A DNA stretch of 64,000 nucleotides from an uncultured delta proteobacterium. Lineage in GTDB: Bacteria > Desulfobacterota > WTBG01 > CAIYCZ01 > CAIRTM01. Positions 1 to 11,168 of the stretch are shown here, in pieces. Within the stretch, counting starts at the first letter, position 1. The number at the start of each line of letters is the position of its first letter. Both the position numbers and the translations under genes were made by a program. The notes beneath the pieces were generated by a model. It saw nothing but the letters and a program-made list of their open reading frames with translations, was not told the DNA's origin and made no database searches. The stretch lies in assembly GCA_963804955.1 (NCBI GenBank), contig CAWDSQ010000032.1, positions 32,001 through 96,000 of the forward strand, given 5' to 3'.

Positions 1-1069
1 AAGTGCTTCCGGATTATCAAGCATATTCATGATACTAGCACCTATAGTGGAATCAAAATCCCCGGGTGGAACCTTTACAACAACAGAATCAGGCAACTCT
101 GCAAACCAGGCGTCATCAGTGACCATACAGGGCTTTCCCATGGACATTGCATGAATCAAGCTGAATGAGGTCTCACCCATTGTGGGATACCGTAAATTTG
201 CTACGAGGTTACAGCGACGAAGGATTGCAGTGTACACTATGTTTTCCACGTAGCCTGTTTTTATAATAAATGGGCTAAGATAATCATCCGCACTACTGCC
301 TTCGCCAACCATAAGATAGTACACTTTGCGTGACAAGTGCTCATTAAGAGCCACAACTGCCCGACTCACCGTATGGTTCAGTTTTGTTTCAGCAATAAAA
401 CCAAAGGATGCAACAACAAAAGCGTCGGCGGGGACACCATACGCAGTTTGCAGGACATCATCTACAGGGACTATCAGGCTCATCCCCCATGCAGACCATT
501 GGAATTATCCGGACATTCACACCCGGAAATTCGGCGCACAGTCTGTCATGGGCATATCGAGAGTGAACTATTACACCTTGGGCCGTTTTAACAATCTCGG
601 AGTTTAAGGGCAGCTTTGCAGCTATTTGCTTGCATTCAAGAAGATTGACTCGTGATTTAATAAAAGGTTTTAGAAAACTGATTCCTTCAGCACCTCCGAG
701 TTCATACAGCTTGGAATACAGATTACCCTGTTTTTGAAAATACCCCACAGCAAGGAAATATAAAATATAATCATGCAGAATGACAAATCCCGGATATTTC
801 ACTGCAGCATCATAGATATAGGAATGCCAGTATGGATTATTGCCGATATTATATAATCGAAGGGGGAATGCATCAAATGAGATTTCTGTTCTTGCACGGT
901 TGATGACACAAAAGTCATCATACAGCTTCTTATTCTCCAATGAATAATCATCGGTCACAATCGTTATATCAAAATAGTGACGGAGCCCGTATATGAGAAT
1001 TTCGGAATAATCAGAGATTCCGCTTCGCTGAGGTAAAAAAGGACTTAGATAGAGAAGTGCCGGTTTCAT
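1..1069 (-). CDS. GT4-family glycosyltransferase (frameshift near 470; runs off window start)
   Basis: N-terminal 'SPFLPQRSGISDYS...YNIGNNPYWH...LHD'; another frame continues 'FVVASFGFI...NLRYPTMGETS...AMSMGKPC'. Confidence 0.85.
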
Positions 1070-1090
1070 AGATTGTCTTAATTTCTCATG

Positions 1091-2138
1091 TCACGTTGAA
1101 AGAAGGCTGCCAATCACATGATCCCAGCTGATATTTTTTTCCAGAAGTTGCCTGTTACCGCATTCGCCCATTGCTGCTGCAGCCTTGCGGTCAGCGGCCC
1201 AAAAATCAATTTTTTCGGCAACTTCTTCAGGATTTTCCTTTACGACAAAGCCGCTTTCGCCATGCGCCACGAACTCAAGCGGTCCACCTGCATTATCATG
1301 GACGATTACCGGTTTTTTTGAAAAAAAAGCCTCAAGCGTAACATAACCGTAGTCTTCATCATAAGCCCCGAAATAAACGCCAAGACAACGCGCATAGTAA
1401 TCTATTTTCTCTTCTTCGGAAACATAGCCCAGAAGCTTGACCCGGGATTCCAGCTTATACGTTTTGATTAAAGCACGGAGCCGAAGGACTTCCTGCTGGC
1501 TTCCCTGTCCGGCCAGATATATCATGGTATCCGTCCGCAAGTGACGGGCAGCTTCTATGAGCACCCACTGTCGCTTCATGCGGTCAATTCTGCTTGGATA
1601 GAAGATGAAATCTTCATACCCGTTGCAGTGCAGTTTCAAATAACTTTCTGGCGGGTGGTAAAGCGTGACGCCATCGATGCCATTAAACTTTTTCAGCCTC
1701 AGCCTGGTATTTTCCGCATTGGTAAAAATTTTTTCACACTCCCTGATATACCGATTATCGTTTTCAAAAATAAAATCCCGTAGCCATTCACCTTCAGGAA
1801 GCGGATGAATATCACCAAATTCTGTTCCCCAGAGGTCGTATGCCTGCCTGTGCTGATGGCAGAGCCACAGTATTTTTCGGGGATGCCTGAGATAATAGGC
1901 GGGAAATTTCATATGCGATAACAAGGTCTATTGCTTCACCGTTAACCTCTGTTAAATCAAGCATCCTGCCTGCTACCATGCAGTTCATCAACGACTCCTT
2001 TGGATACCATTTGAACGGAATGGTCACGATATCTGCCTCATGCCCTCGGGCAAGAAGTTCGCTGTGCAGTAGTTTGGCATGAAGTTCAGCCCCCCCCTTC
2101 ATAAAAGGAACCTGTACTGTGGCAATGGCTATTTTCAC
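1091..2138 (-). CDS. GT4-family glycosyltransferase (one frameshift near 1915)
   Basis: ORF 1812-2138 'QVPFMKGGAE' plus ORF 1091-1924 'SRIDRMKR...EDYGYVTLEA'. Confidence 0.88.
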
Positions 2139-3232
2139 AACTCTGCACCGGTAAAATTATGAAAAACCTGCTTGAATCGGTTTTCAATAACAGGCGGCTG
2201 AAATCTCGTCATATAGTTATGAATACCTTGTTCAATCAAAAACGCCGTAAAATCGGGTCTGTCTTGTAGCTCCTTGACAGCTGAAGCAACTGCGAGTGGA
2301 TCGTTTTCTAGGGAGACCTGGTTAGCCCCGAGAGTTTCAGCCACGGCCGGTATCGGAGATGCGATAACAGGTAACCGCAAAGCATGCGCTTCTATTAAAG
2401 GGACACAGAAACCTTCATGTTTGCTGGCGCAGACAAAGAAATCGCATCCAAGATAATATGAGAGCATCTGATGATCAGTGCATTCATCAACGAAAACAAC
2501 ATGCTCATTGAGACCGTAACAGTTAATTGCTGCATCAATTTCGCTATAGTATTTTTGCAGCGAAGCCGTTTTTTTTCCAACAATCCACAACATAATATTG
2601 CGGTCAAAATGTCTGCTGTAGCGGTGTATACTATCAATAAGAAATACATGGTTCTTGTTGGGGACAACTCTGCCGACAAACAGCAGATTGGTCATCCCGT
2701 TTTCAAGAAGGCCCTTGAGAATATTTTCATCCGGAAGGGTTGTCGACCACTGTGTAATATTGTGGAGTGGAGGCACAACCGCTACGACACCTGAGCTGAT
2801 GAGCGCCTGGGCGACTTCAGAAAGATTGTGCTGCGAAGCGCACATCCAGACAGCACCGGAAATAGTCCCGGCAAGCCTTTTTGTCTGTTCTCTGCCAAGC
2901 CTGCATGCATGCGCCGCACTGGCATCGTATTTTTCAAAAAAAAACTCTGGCGTGACATTATGATACCTTATTACAATTCGGCATTTTGCCTTGGCCAGCA
3001 CCTCCTCACCTTCCAGCCAGAAATTGCTGTGATGATAAACGAGTACATTCTCTTGAGACTCAATAACTTCCATCAAGTCTTTTCTGGGCAACAGGGTGAG
3101 GCCTTTTTGTTGAAGACTCGTGCAATACACCCAGCAGGGGTAACGGGACGAAATAATCCTGTACATATTGGCAATATCATTGCCAATAGCATCATGTGCG
3201 GCAATAGTCTGATGCAGAAGAACAACCTTCAT
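2135..3232 (-). CDS. GT4-family glycosyltransferase
   Basis: 'FVGRVVPNK' and 'SKHEGFCVPLIEA' motifs. Confidence 0.9.
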   Translation of the reverse strand: MKVVLLHQTIAAHDAIGNDIANMYRIISSRYPCWVYCTSLQQKGLTLLPRKDLMEVIESQENVLVYHHSNFWLEGEEVLAKAKCRIVIRYHNVTPEFFFEKYDASAAHACRLGREQTKRLAGTISGAVWMCASQHNLSEVAQALISSGVVAVVPPLHNITQWSTTLPDENILKGLLENGMTNLLFVGRVVPNKNHVFLIDSIHRYSRHFDRNIMLWIVGKKTASLQKYYSEIDAAINCYGLNEHVVFVDECTDHQMLSYYLGCDFFVCASKHEGFCVPLIEAHALRLPVIASPIPAVAETLGANQVSLENDPLAVASAVKELQDRPDFTAFLIEQGIHNYMTRFQPPVIENRFKQVFHNFTGAEL

Positions 3233-3265
3233 TGCTATATACGATACCAGTTAATGTATCAGCAG

Positions 3266-4306
3266 TTAGCGTGCACTGACATCTTGTAAATCAGCATGCA
3301 TCATGAGACTCACCAGCTCTTCAAATTTCACCCTGGCCTCCCAGCCCAGTTTCCGTTTCGCCTTGCCGGGATCACCAATAAGAATATCAACCTCTGCGGG
3401 ACGAAAATAGCGTTCGTCTATCCTGACAATGGGCTTACCGGAAATAGTGTCAACTCCCACTTCATTAACACCAGCGCCCTGCCAGGCAAGCTTCACGTCA
3501 ATGCAGGCGCAGGCCTTTTCAATAAATTCACGCACGGTATGCGTCTCGCCTGTGGCCACGACATAATCATCAGGCTCAGGCTGCTGCAGCATAAGCCACA
3601 TCATCTGGGTATATTCCGGGGCATAACCCCAGTCGCGCTTTGAGTCAAGGGTGCCCATATACAGGCAATCGTCCAGCCCGGCCTTGATGCGGGCAAGCCC
3701 CCTTGTGATCTTGCGGGTGACAAATGTTTCACCTCGCCGTGGAGATTCATGATTGAAAAGTATGCCGTTTGAGGCATGAATGCCATAGGCTTCACGATAG
3801 TTCACTACAATCCAGTACGCATACAATTTGGCCACGGCATAGGGTGAACGTGGATAAAAAGGCGTTTTCTCTGTTTGAGGTATCTCTACGACTTTACCGA
3901 AAAGTTCGCTTGTTGACGCCTGATAGAATCTGGTTTTATCTTTTAAACCGACCTCTTTGATTGCATCAAGAAAACGCAGTGTCCCCACACCATCAACTTC
4001 AGCCGTATATTCCGGGACTTCAAAAGACACCTGGACATGCGATTGCGCGGCAAGATTGTAGATTTCGTCGGGGCCTATTTTTTCGAGCAATCTGTTTAAG
4101 TTGCTGCTGTCGGTCATATCGCCATAATGGAGAAACATGCGTGCCCCCTTATGGTGAGGATCATCATACAGATGATCAATCCGTTTCGTATTAAACGAGC
4201 TTGCACGCCTGATAATACCGTGAACCTCGTATTTTTTTTCAAGCAGCTGCTCGGCAAGATACGAGCCATCCTGACCGGTTATTCCTGTTATGAGGGCCTT
4301 TTTCAT
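3266..4306 (-). CDS. gmd: GDP-mannose 4,6-dehydratase
   Basis: '[15 protein letters not shown]', 'YNLAAQSHV', 'PRSPYAVAK', '[17 protein letters not shown]'. Confidence 0.98.
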   Translation of the reverse strand: MKKALITGITGQDGSYLAEQLLEKKYEVHGIIRRASSFNTKRIDHLYDDPHHKGARMFLHYGDMTDSSNLNRLLEKIGPDEIYNLAAQSHVQVSFEVPEYTAEVDGVGTLRFLDAIKEVGLKDKTRFYQASTSELFGKVVEIPQTEKTPFYPRSPYAVAKLYAYWIVVNYREAYGIHASNGILFNHESPRRGETFVTRKITRGLARIKAGLDDCLYMGTLDSKRDWGYAPEYTQMMWLMLQQPEPDDYVVATGETHTVREFIEKACACIDVKLAWQGAGVNEVGVDTISGKPIVRIDERYFRPAEVDILIGDPGKAKRKLGWEARVKFEELVSLMMHADLQDVSAR

Positions 4307-4385
4307 CTTTTCACCTTTCCGGTTTTATAAAATTAATCATTTTTAATTCCATCGGCATGCAGCACTGATAAGCATTAACAAAAAG

Positions 4386-6011
4386 TCAAACATGTTTCTT
4401 ATAAGCAATAACAGCATAGTCCTGACCGCAGTTAAAAACTTCCATCATGCGGGCCATTTCCCCATCAGGCGGGGTATCAAAAAAAAGCAGCGGAGAGGAC
4501 CTCATAATCGTTGAGTCGATAAATCCTCTGGCTTGGGCAAGATATGCAAGAGTAGCAGGCGGAATCGGGTGGACATGCGAGGGGTCAGTATAGAAGGTGC
4601 ATGAACCGACAATAATATTTTCAGGGTTTGGCGTTTCAAAAATTATGCAGCCACCCGGCCTCAGCACGCGAAAAGCTTCATCAAACAGTGCGATAACATC
4701 TTTCCATGGAAGATGCTCTATCATGTGAAAGCTGGTGAGGGCCCCGAGACTACCGGGAGGAAGGCCTCTGAGAAAAGCCAATGCATCAGATTCTTCAACT
4801 GCGAGATTCCTTTCACGGCACAGTTGCAGCATTACCCTGTTGCAATCAACGCCCCTGGCCGTATAGCCAGTATCGGAAAGGAGTTCGAGCCATTCACCCC
4901 GACCGCATCCAAGATCAAGGACAGGATACTGCAATGTGCCTGCACCAGCCAGCTGAATGTAGTGCACATATTTGTGCAGACGTTGCAGTATATCTTCCCT
5001 CGTCCCTCTGAATTTTTCTTCAAACAATACATATAAGGCATCATACGCATGCTCATATTCAGAGGCAAGCATATCCGGCTTGTTATTACTGATACAATCA
5101 GCCAGATAATTTTTTGCTTCCTCAAGCAGCAGATTCAAGCGGCGCTGCTGATCCAGAATAATGGTGGTGTGCTCATACATTGTTTTTTTAATGGTTTCGA
5201 TGTTTGCAGTAAAAACATCCTGTAGCTCTTCTACTCTCAAAGAATCAGCCTTTTGTACCGACACCTGCTCCAGCACCTGCCGGATATCCTCGACATTCTG
5301 TTTATCCGCTTTCTGAACAGATAAGCTCTCAAGGGCTTGCGAGAGAAGGTTCTGCTGCGCTGAGGTTCTAGATTCAAACATTTGTAAATTTTTTAATAGT
5401 GCAGGGAAGGTCAAAACACCGGCAATAACTTTGATTACATAACCAAGCACCGGTATTTTATAAAGAGAGTTTACACAGAAACGCGTCAGCAAACCGTGCA
5501 CCGGCACCTTGCTCACCCTGCCTTCCTGTGAATAGCGTAATCGTCCAAGTATATCAGTTTTAGTTAGGGCTCCGTTACGCAAGCAGGATAAAAAATGCTT
5601 CCTGCCATTATCATCGGGTACCCTGCCCAGTATCGCCATATACGCCAAATTTAAAAAGGCTTCATCCTGTAGTTTGAGAAAATCAGAAAGCTCATAAAAG
5701 TCTTTAATAATGAAATCCTCGTCAAACCCTTTCTGTGCATGACTGTGGAACGGACCATAATCAACCGCATGCTCATTTTCTGAATTTGCAGCTGATCTCC
5801 TGGTCTGAAAGTTTACAGCATGCATGTCTTTTTGACAATTAATCTCATTTTGAATTTTAAACACAATATCGTCAAGGGAAGGAGGGATAGTGCTGCTGCC
5901 TTCCTGGCCTGCAGGAATAATTCTTTTTCTTTCCTGCGCAACCCTTTTGTTAATCTGCCGCATGATTTCTTCTACCGTCACTGCATGGCTATTTTGCATG
6001 TCATGCCCCAT
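4386..6011 (-). CDS. Class I SAM methyltransferase with DUF4214-like domain and coiled coil (polysaccharide chain terminator candidate)
   Basis: 'FLNLAYMAILGRVPD', heptad-rich middle, 'VLDLGCGRGEWL', 'HMIEHL', 'ETPNP'. Confidence 0.8.
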   Translation of the reverse strand: MGHDMQNSHAVTVEEIMRQINKRVAQERKRIIPAGQEGSSTIPPSLDDIVFKIQNEINCQKDMHAVNFQTRRSAANSENEHAVDYGPFHSHAQKGFDEDFIIKDFYELSDFLKLQDEAFLNLAYMAILGRVPDDNGRKHFLSCLRNGALTKTDILGRLRYSQEGRVSKVPVHGLLTRFCVNSLYKIPVLGYVIKVIAGVLTFPALLKNLQMFESRTSAQQNLLSQALESLSVQKADKQNVEDIRQVLEQVSVQKADSLRVEELQDVFTANIETIKKTMYEHTTIILDQQRRLNLLLEEAKNYLADCISNNKPDMLASEYEHAYDALYVLFEEKFRGTREDILQRLHKYVHYIQLAGAGTLQYPVLDLGCGRGEWLELLSDTGYTARGVDCNRVMLQLCRERNLAVEESDALAFLRGLPPGSLGALTSFHMIEHLPWKDVIALFDEAFRVLRPGGCIIFETPNPENIIVGSCTFYTDPSHVHPIPPATLAYLAQARGFIDSTIMRSSPLLFFDTPPDGEMARMMEVFNCGQDYAVIAYKKHV

Positions 6012-6081
6012 GAGTATCCCTGGTGAAAAAAATTTAAAAACCCGGTGCCAATAACTATGACCAGCGTGCTGACGTGCATCT

Positions 6082-7302
6082 TTAAAGTTGGAAAATCTCT
6101 GTTACAGACGGTTTTAATCGAGCCAGACCAATACAATAAAAATCCGGATTGCCGACGACTTCAAATGTCCGGATCATATCAACCCAGTGATAGCAGGCAT
6201 GCAGGTGCACATCGCCCGTATGAGCAGCTACAGTGAGTGTATAGTTTCCGGCGCCGATATTGAATTCATCAAATACAAACTTTATAGTCCCCTGCTTATT
6301 CGCACCGATAGCAACAGGTGTTTTGAGATGATGTGTGTTTGTCCCAAAAATATCCTGTCCGAATTTGTCACGAATAAGTATGCCAACCGTTAATGCATCA
6401 ACCTGTTCATATGATTTAAGGTTTATTTCAATGGAACATTTTCTGCCGGAGACCACTGTGCCGCTTTCACTATCCTGTTCGTTCAAGAGAGAAACCGACA
6501 CAATTTCAACTGCAAAATTACCGTAGGAACTGCCCTGCTTCAGCCCCGGCCTTTGTATGATTTCCCTGCCGGCTGTTTTACGGGCAAGAAGATACGTATA
6601 TGCATTGATAGCTGCTTCGGGCTCGCCCTCTTCCAGTATCTCACCCTGTTCAAGGAGGATGACCCGGTCGCACAGCACTTTTACGGTATTCATGTCATGA
6701 GACACCAGCACTATAGATCCGCCATTATTCCTGAAAGATTTTATTCTGTCCGTGCATTTCTGCTGGAAATAGGCATCGCCGACAGACAGCGCCTCATCAA
6801 CAACAAAAGCCCGGGGATTTGCATGAATGGCAATAGAGAACGCAAGACGCATGGACATGCCGGTCGAATATGTTTTAATGGGGTCGTACATAAAGTCGCC
6901 AAGTTCGCTGAAAGCAATAATAGCATCGCGTTTTTCGTCGAGCTCGGCTTTTGTCATGCCGCGAAGAATTCCGTTTAGGTAAATATTCTGCAATCCGGTA
7001 TATTCCGGGTTGAAACCGGTCGTAAGTTCAAGCAGGCCTGTTATCCTGCCTGAAATGGCCACATGCCCCGCATCAGGCAGGAGAATGCCCATCATCAGCT
7101 TCAACAATGTTGATTTACCAGCGCCGTTTTGCCCGATAATGCCTACGGTTTCTCCTGACTGCACGCTGAAGCTGACATCTTTTAATGCATCATACACTCG
7201 ATGAAACTTACGGCGATACAGTATCTCGCGCAAACGGTCTGCGGGCGAATGATACAATCGAAAAGTCTTGGAAATATGTGTTACGTCTATCATAATTCCC
7301 AA
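6082..7302 (-). CDS. wzt: Polysaccharide ABC exporter ATPase with C-terminal Wzt_C carbohydrate-binding domain
   Basis: Walker A GQNGAGKST, 'YSTGMSMRLAF', ~150-aa beta-rich C-terminal extension. Confidence 0.93.
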   Translation of the reverse strand: MGIMIDVTHISKTFRLYHSPADRLREILYRRKFHRVYDALKDVSFSVQSGETVGIIGQNGAGKSTLLKLMMGILLPDAGHVAISGRITGLLELTTGFNPEYTGLQNIYLNGILRGMTKAELDEKRDAIIAFSELGDFMYDPIKTYSTGMSMRLAFSIAIHANPRAFVVDEALSVGDAYFQQKCTDRIKSFRNNGGSIVLVSHDMNTVKVLCDRVILLEQGEILEEGEPEAAINAYTYLLARKTAGREIIQRPGLKQGSSYGNFAVEIVSVSLLNEQDSESGTVVSGRKCSIEINLKSYEQVDALTVGILIRDKFGQDIFGTNTHHLKTPVAIGANKQGTIKFVFDEFNIGAGNYTLTVAAHTGDVHLHACYHWVDMIRTFEVVGNPDFYCIGLARLKPSVTEIFQL

Positions 7303-7353
7303 AATGCCTGTTTAAGCCCTCTCTTCATTCCCTCGTGGCCGATGCAGCGGCCG

Positions 7354-8499
7354 TCATTTCCTCCGATGAGCCACCGAATCAAGAACTTCAAAAGTTCGCC
7401 GGGCTGTTCTCTGCCAGGTAAAATCAGCGGCCCGTTTAAAGCCGCGTATCTTGAGTGTATCGTTCAAAGCGCTATCGCATACAACCTTTTCAATAGCCGC
7501 GGCACAATCACCGGCGTCATGGGGGTCAACAAACAATGCGGCATCTCCGGCCACCTCCGGAAGGCTCGATGAACGGGCGCACACAACAGGGCAGCCGCAA
7601 GCCATTGCTTCCAGCACCGGAAGCCCGAATCCTTCGTAAAAACTGGGGTACACAAGTGCACGCGCACCGGAATACAGGCATGCAAGCATTTCATCAGTCA
7701 CATATTTTGTAATAAAAATACGCTTCTCAAGATGCGCCTTTTTGATTAAATCCCACCAGCCCTTGTCTCCCCAGCCCTGCCAGCCGGTTAAAACAAGGGG
7801 AATATCTGTTTTTGCCTGCGCAAGCGCTTGAATTGCAAGTGCAATATTTTTACGCGGTTCAAGAGTACCGACACAAAGAAGGAAATCTTTCGGAATAGCA
7901 AGCGCAGCGCAGGCGGAAGCAATCAGCTCATCGTGTCTGGGCGAAAACACAGGATCGGAAGCCAGAGGTATCGCTGTTACACGATCAGGATCGAATCCGA
8001 GAGTAGCCACTATCTCCTGCTTCATAAATTCTGAAATCGTTATAATATGGTCAGCATACTGACGGCGCCGCTTGAAAAAAAAATCAAAAAATTGAACCCT
8101 TTCCCGGGGATGTTCGGCACGATACTTCACAAGAGAAATATCATAGAGGGTATATACTATCGGCACATCAGGCAGGGCTGGCGGAATAAACCCGGTCTCA
8201 TGATAGACGGCATACTGCGTCTTTTTGCAGACGGCTCGTAATTTTCGCTCAAATTTCATCCAGTGGACACCGCGCAAAACAGCAACCAGAAAATCCGGCA
8301 GGCGCCAGATCAGCTCCGTCGACTTTGCCCACGCAGCAGGCTCCGCCTGTGAAGGCATGGCGGCAGACGACGATACGCCATTAAAAAAAGTGGCGGAAAC
8401 ATGAGGTATTTTCAGAAGTTCAGCATACAGGCAGCGCACGTAGCGGGATATGCCGGTAAGCAATCCTTGAAGAGGAAGCGCATTCACAATAATGTTCAT
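7354..8499 (-). CDS. GT4-family glycosyltransferase (mannosyl/rhamnosyltransferase-like)
   Basis: Likely start MNIIVNA; 'TGISRY', 'VGTLEPRKN', 'YEGFGLPVLEAMACG'. Confidence 0.9.
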   Translation of the reverse strand: MNIIVNALPLQGLLTGISRYVRCLYAELLKIPHVSATFFNGVSSSAAMPSQAEPAAWAKSTELIWRLPDFLVAVLRGVHWMKFERKLRAVCKKTQYAVYHETGFIPPALPDVPIVYTLYDISLVKYRAEHPRERVQFFDFFFKRRRQYADHIITISEFMKQEIVATLGFDPDRVTAIPLASDPVFSPRHDELIASACAALAIPKDFLLCVGTLEPRKNIALAIQALAQAKTDIPLVLTGWQGWGDKGWWDLIKKAHLEKRIFITKYVTDEMLACLYSGARALVYPSFYEGFGLPVLEAMACGCPVVCARSSSLPEVAGDAALFVDPHDAGDCAAAIEKVVCDSALNDTLKIRGFKRAADFTWQRTARRTFEVLDSVAHRRK

Positions 8500-8654
8500 G
8501 CAATAAAACTTTCTGCAAGCAACAGCTGCTAAAAAAATGCGGCGGAATTCTGCGCTGCAATCAATGAATACATCCGCCTTTATGTGCGTATGCAAAAAAC
8601 GCCGGAGCAGAAAAAAATCCACGCTTGGCATTCCCGGAACCAGCATGGATGCAT

Positions 8655-9425
8655 CTATAAAAAATCCCTGACATCTTTTTCAAGTGCACGAAAAATCATG
8701 TAGGCTGCAGTGATAACAACATGAAAAAGCACTGCCATTATGATTAAGGCAGAATAATTGATCTCATGTTGTGAAATAAAAATAGTTTGATAAGTATCTA
8801 TAATAACATACATGGGATTATAAAAAAGCAGCTTTTTAAGAAAAACAGGGAGTATTTCTTTAAGGTACACTATGGGCGTAAGCCAGAACCATACCTGAAG
8901 CAACACGCTGACAGCCTGTTTAAAATCTTTTATAAAAACTGTCATAGTGGCTGCAAACAACCCAAGACCGACAGCAAAAACCTGTTGAAGGTAAAAGAGG
9001 ACTGGCAGCAGAAGAATTTTCATGGAGAACTGGAATTCAGTACCAAGAAGAAAAAGGAAAAAAAAGCCAAGGGTCAAAACGAATGTGACCGACTCAGACA
9101 AGGCAATATACACAAGAAGCGATGGCAGAGAAATCTGCATTTTTGAAATCAGGTGCTTTGTATCAATAAAAACGGAGGTCGACCGTGCAAGCGTATTAGC
9201 AAATGCGGTCCAGGGCAAAAGGCCTACCGTTAAATAAACGCTGTAGGCATATAAATACGATTCGCCTGCAAGGCGGCCACCCATTATTTTTCCAAAAACA
9301 ACAATATAGATTGCTAAATTGACGATAGGGAAAATGACAGCCCATGTCGATCCAAGAATCGATCCGGCAAAACGCTCGGTGAAATCACGTTTTACGAGCT
9401 CAATAATCAATCCGCCATTAAACAT
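8655..9425 (-). CDS. wzm: Polysaccharide ABC exporter permease
   Basis: 'RFAGSILGSTW', ~6 hydrophobic segments, 'FWLTPIVY', 'NPM'. Confidence 0.93.
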   Translation of the reverse strand: MFNGGLIIELVKRDFTERFAGSILGSTWAVIFPIVNLAIYIVVFGKIMGGRLAGESYLYAYSVYLTVGLLPWTAFANTLARSTSVFIDTKHLISKMQISLPSLLVYIALSESVTFVLTLGFFFLFLLGTEFQFSMKILLLPVLFYLQQVFAVGLGLFAATMTVFIKDFKQAVSVLLQVWFWLTPIVYLKEILPVFLKKLLFYNPMYVIIDTYQTIFISQHEINYSALIIMAVLFHVVITAAYMIFRALEKDVRDFL

Positions 9426-9631
9426 ATATGCCGACCAGTCTCCCTACCTGCTTGATGATGACTGCATAATTGAATTAATTACAGGCAAAGCAGATGAACA
9501 AAATAAGTATAATTCATTAAATGATTTTAATATAAAAAGCATCTATTTCTTTATCGGTACAATAATTAAAAAATTGAAGATAAGTTTTGAATTTGATTAT
9601 GGAAATGTATTAATACTGCCGCATACGGCAG

Positions 9632-11099
9632 TTAGTGCTTCACAGCAAACGTATCACGGGTGATTGCATAGAGCCTGTAATAGTCTGCCGCAGACAGTGC
9701 CCATGAAAAATTGCAGGACATGCCCTTGAGCATCAACTGTCTCCAGCGAGTAGCATCTTTGTAGAGTGAAACCGCATGCTGCACAGCGCCCAACAGTGCC
9801 TCTGCCGAGTACGCATCGAATGTAAAGCCGGTGCCGGTATCCGGGCCATGCGCAGTATAATCAACAATGGTGTCATCAAGCCCGCCGGTAGCTCGAACAA
9901 TGGGCACCGTACCATATTTCAGGCTGTATATCTGATTGAGACCGCAGGGTTCATACCGCGAGGGCATGAGAAACATGTCGCAGCCCGCCTCTATTTTATG
10001 GGCAAGCTGATTATTATAAGCGCAGCAGAAGCTCATGCGGTTTTTATTGCGTGATGCAAGTTTTTTAAACAGGCGCTCGTACGCAGCATCTCCTGAACCA
10101 AGCAGTATATAGCCTGCGCCAAGGCCAAGCATTGTATCGAGAATCGCGGCGATTAAATCAAAACCCTTTTGATCAACCAGCCGTGAAATGGAACCAAGCA
10201 GAGGCGCTTCAAAAAGCGCTGCGGGCAGACCGCACTGTACGATCAGGTCTTTTTTGCACTGCTGTTTAAGGTGCAAGGTCTGAGCGGTATACCGGGATGC
10301 GATAATCTTGTCAGTTTCCGGGCTCCACTCATCATAATCAACTCCATTCAGGACGCCATACAGGTCGCTGTTCCTGTCCTGCAAAACCCCCTCAAGTCCG
10401 CAGCCGAACTCTGGTGTCAGTATTTCACGGGCATACTTTCTGCTGACGGTTGTGATGGTTCGAGAAAAAATTATTCCCGCCTTCAGCATGCTCATCTGCC
10501 CCCAGTATTCAAGTCCCCGCATATCATAAAACCAGTGAGGCAGGCCTGTCAGTTCAAACTTGTCCCTGTCAAAAAGGCCCTGATAGGCAATATTGTGGAT
10601 CGTAAAAACAGTGGCTGAAGCATTGAAAAATTCCGTTTCGATTCCGGCCTTGATAGTAGGCGGGAATAAGCCCTGTCTGCCAGTCATTGCAATGTATGAT
10701 ATCCGGAACAAAATTAATTTGGCGGCACAAATCAAGAACGGCCCGGCAGAAAAATATAAACCGCTCCGCATTATCGCTATAATCGCCATTCTGGTCGCCA
10801 TACAGACCGTCACGGTCATACAGCTCATCGCACTGAACAAAATAAATCGTGACGGACTGCTTGAGCAATGCCTTGGAATAACGCCCGGCATAGGTCTTCG
10901 GCCCCATCTGAAGTTTAAATTCCAAACCTAACGGGTCAAGATCAAAACCCTGTTTGCGTGTGCTTCTGTACAGCGGGGTTGCAACGCGAATATCACAGCC
11001 GCACTGCTGCACATAAAGCGGCAGAGCACCTGCCACATCAGCAAGGCCGCCGGTTTTTGCAAAAGGAACAACTTCTGATGATACATACAAAACATTCAT
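9632..11099 (-). CDS. glgA: Glycogen synthase (frameshift near 10655)
   Basis: 'PFAKTGGLADV', 'HCNDWQT', 'TIHNIAYQG', 'PSRYEPCGL', 'TGGLDDT'. Confidence 0.95.
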
Positions 11100-11168
11100 G
11101 AGCACACGTTCATTACAACTTGTTTCGTTATCAAAAACAGGCAACTGTTCAACCGCAATGAAAAAAAT

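Noticed and set aside
9430..9455. ops/JUMPstart-like element before wzm (gcaggtaggg on minus strand)
   Set aside because: Too weak a match to GGCGGTAGnnTG.
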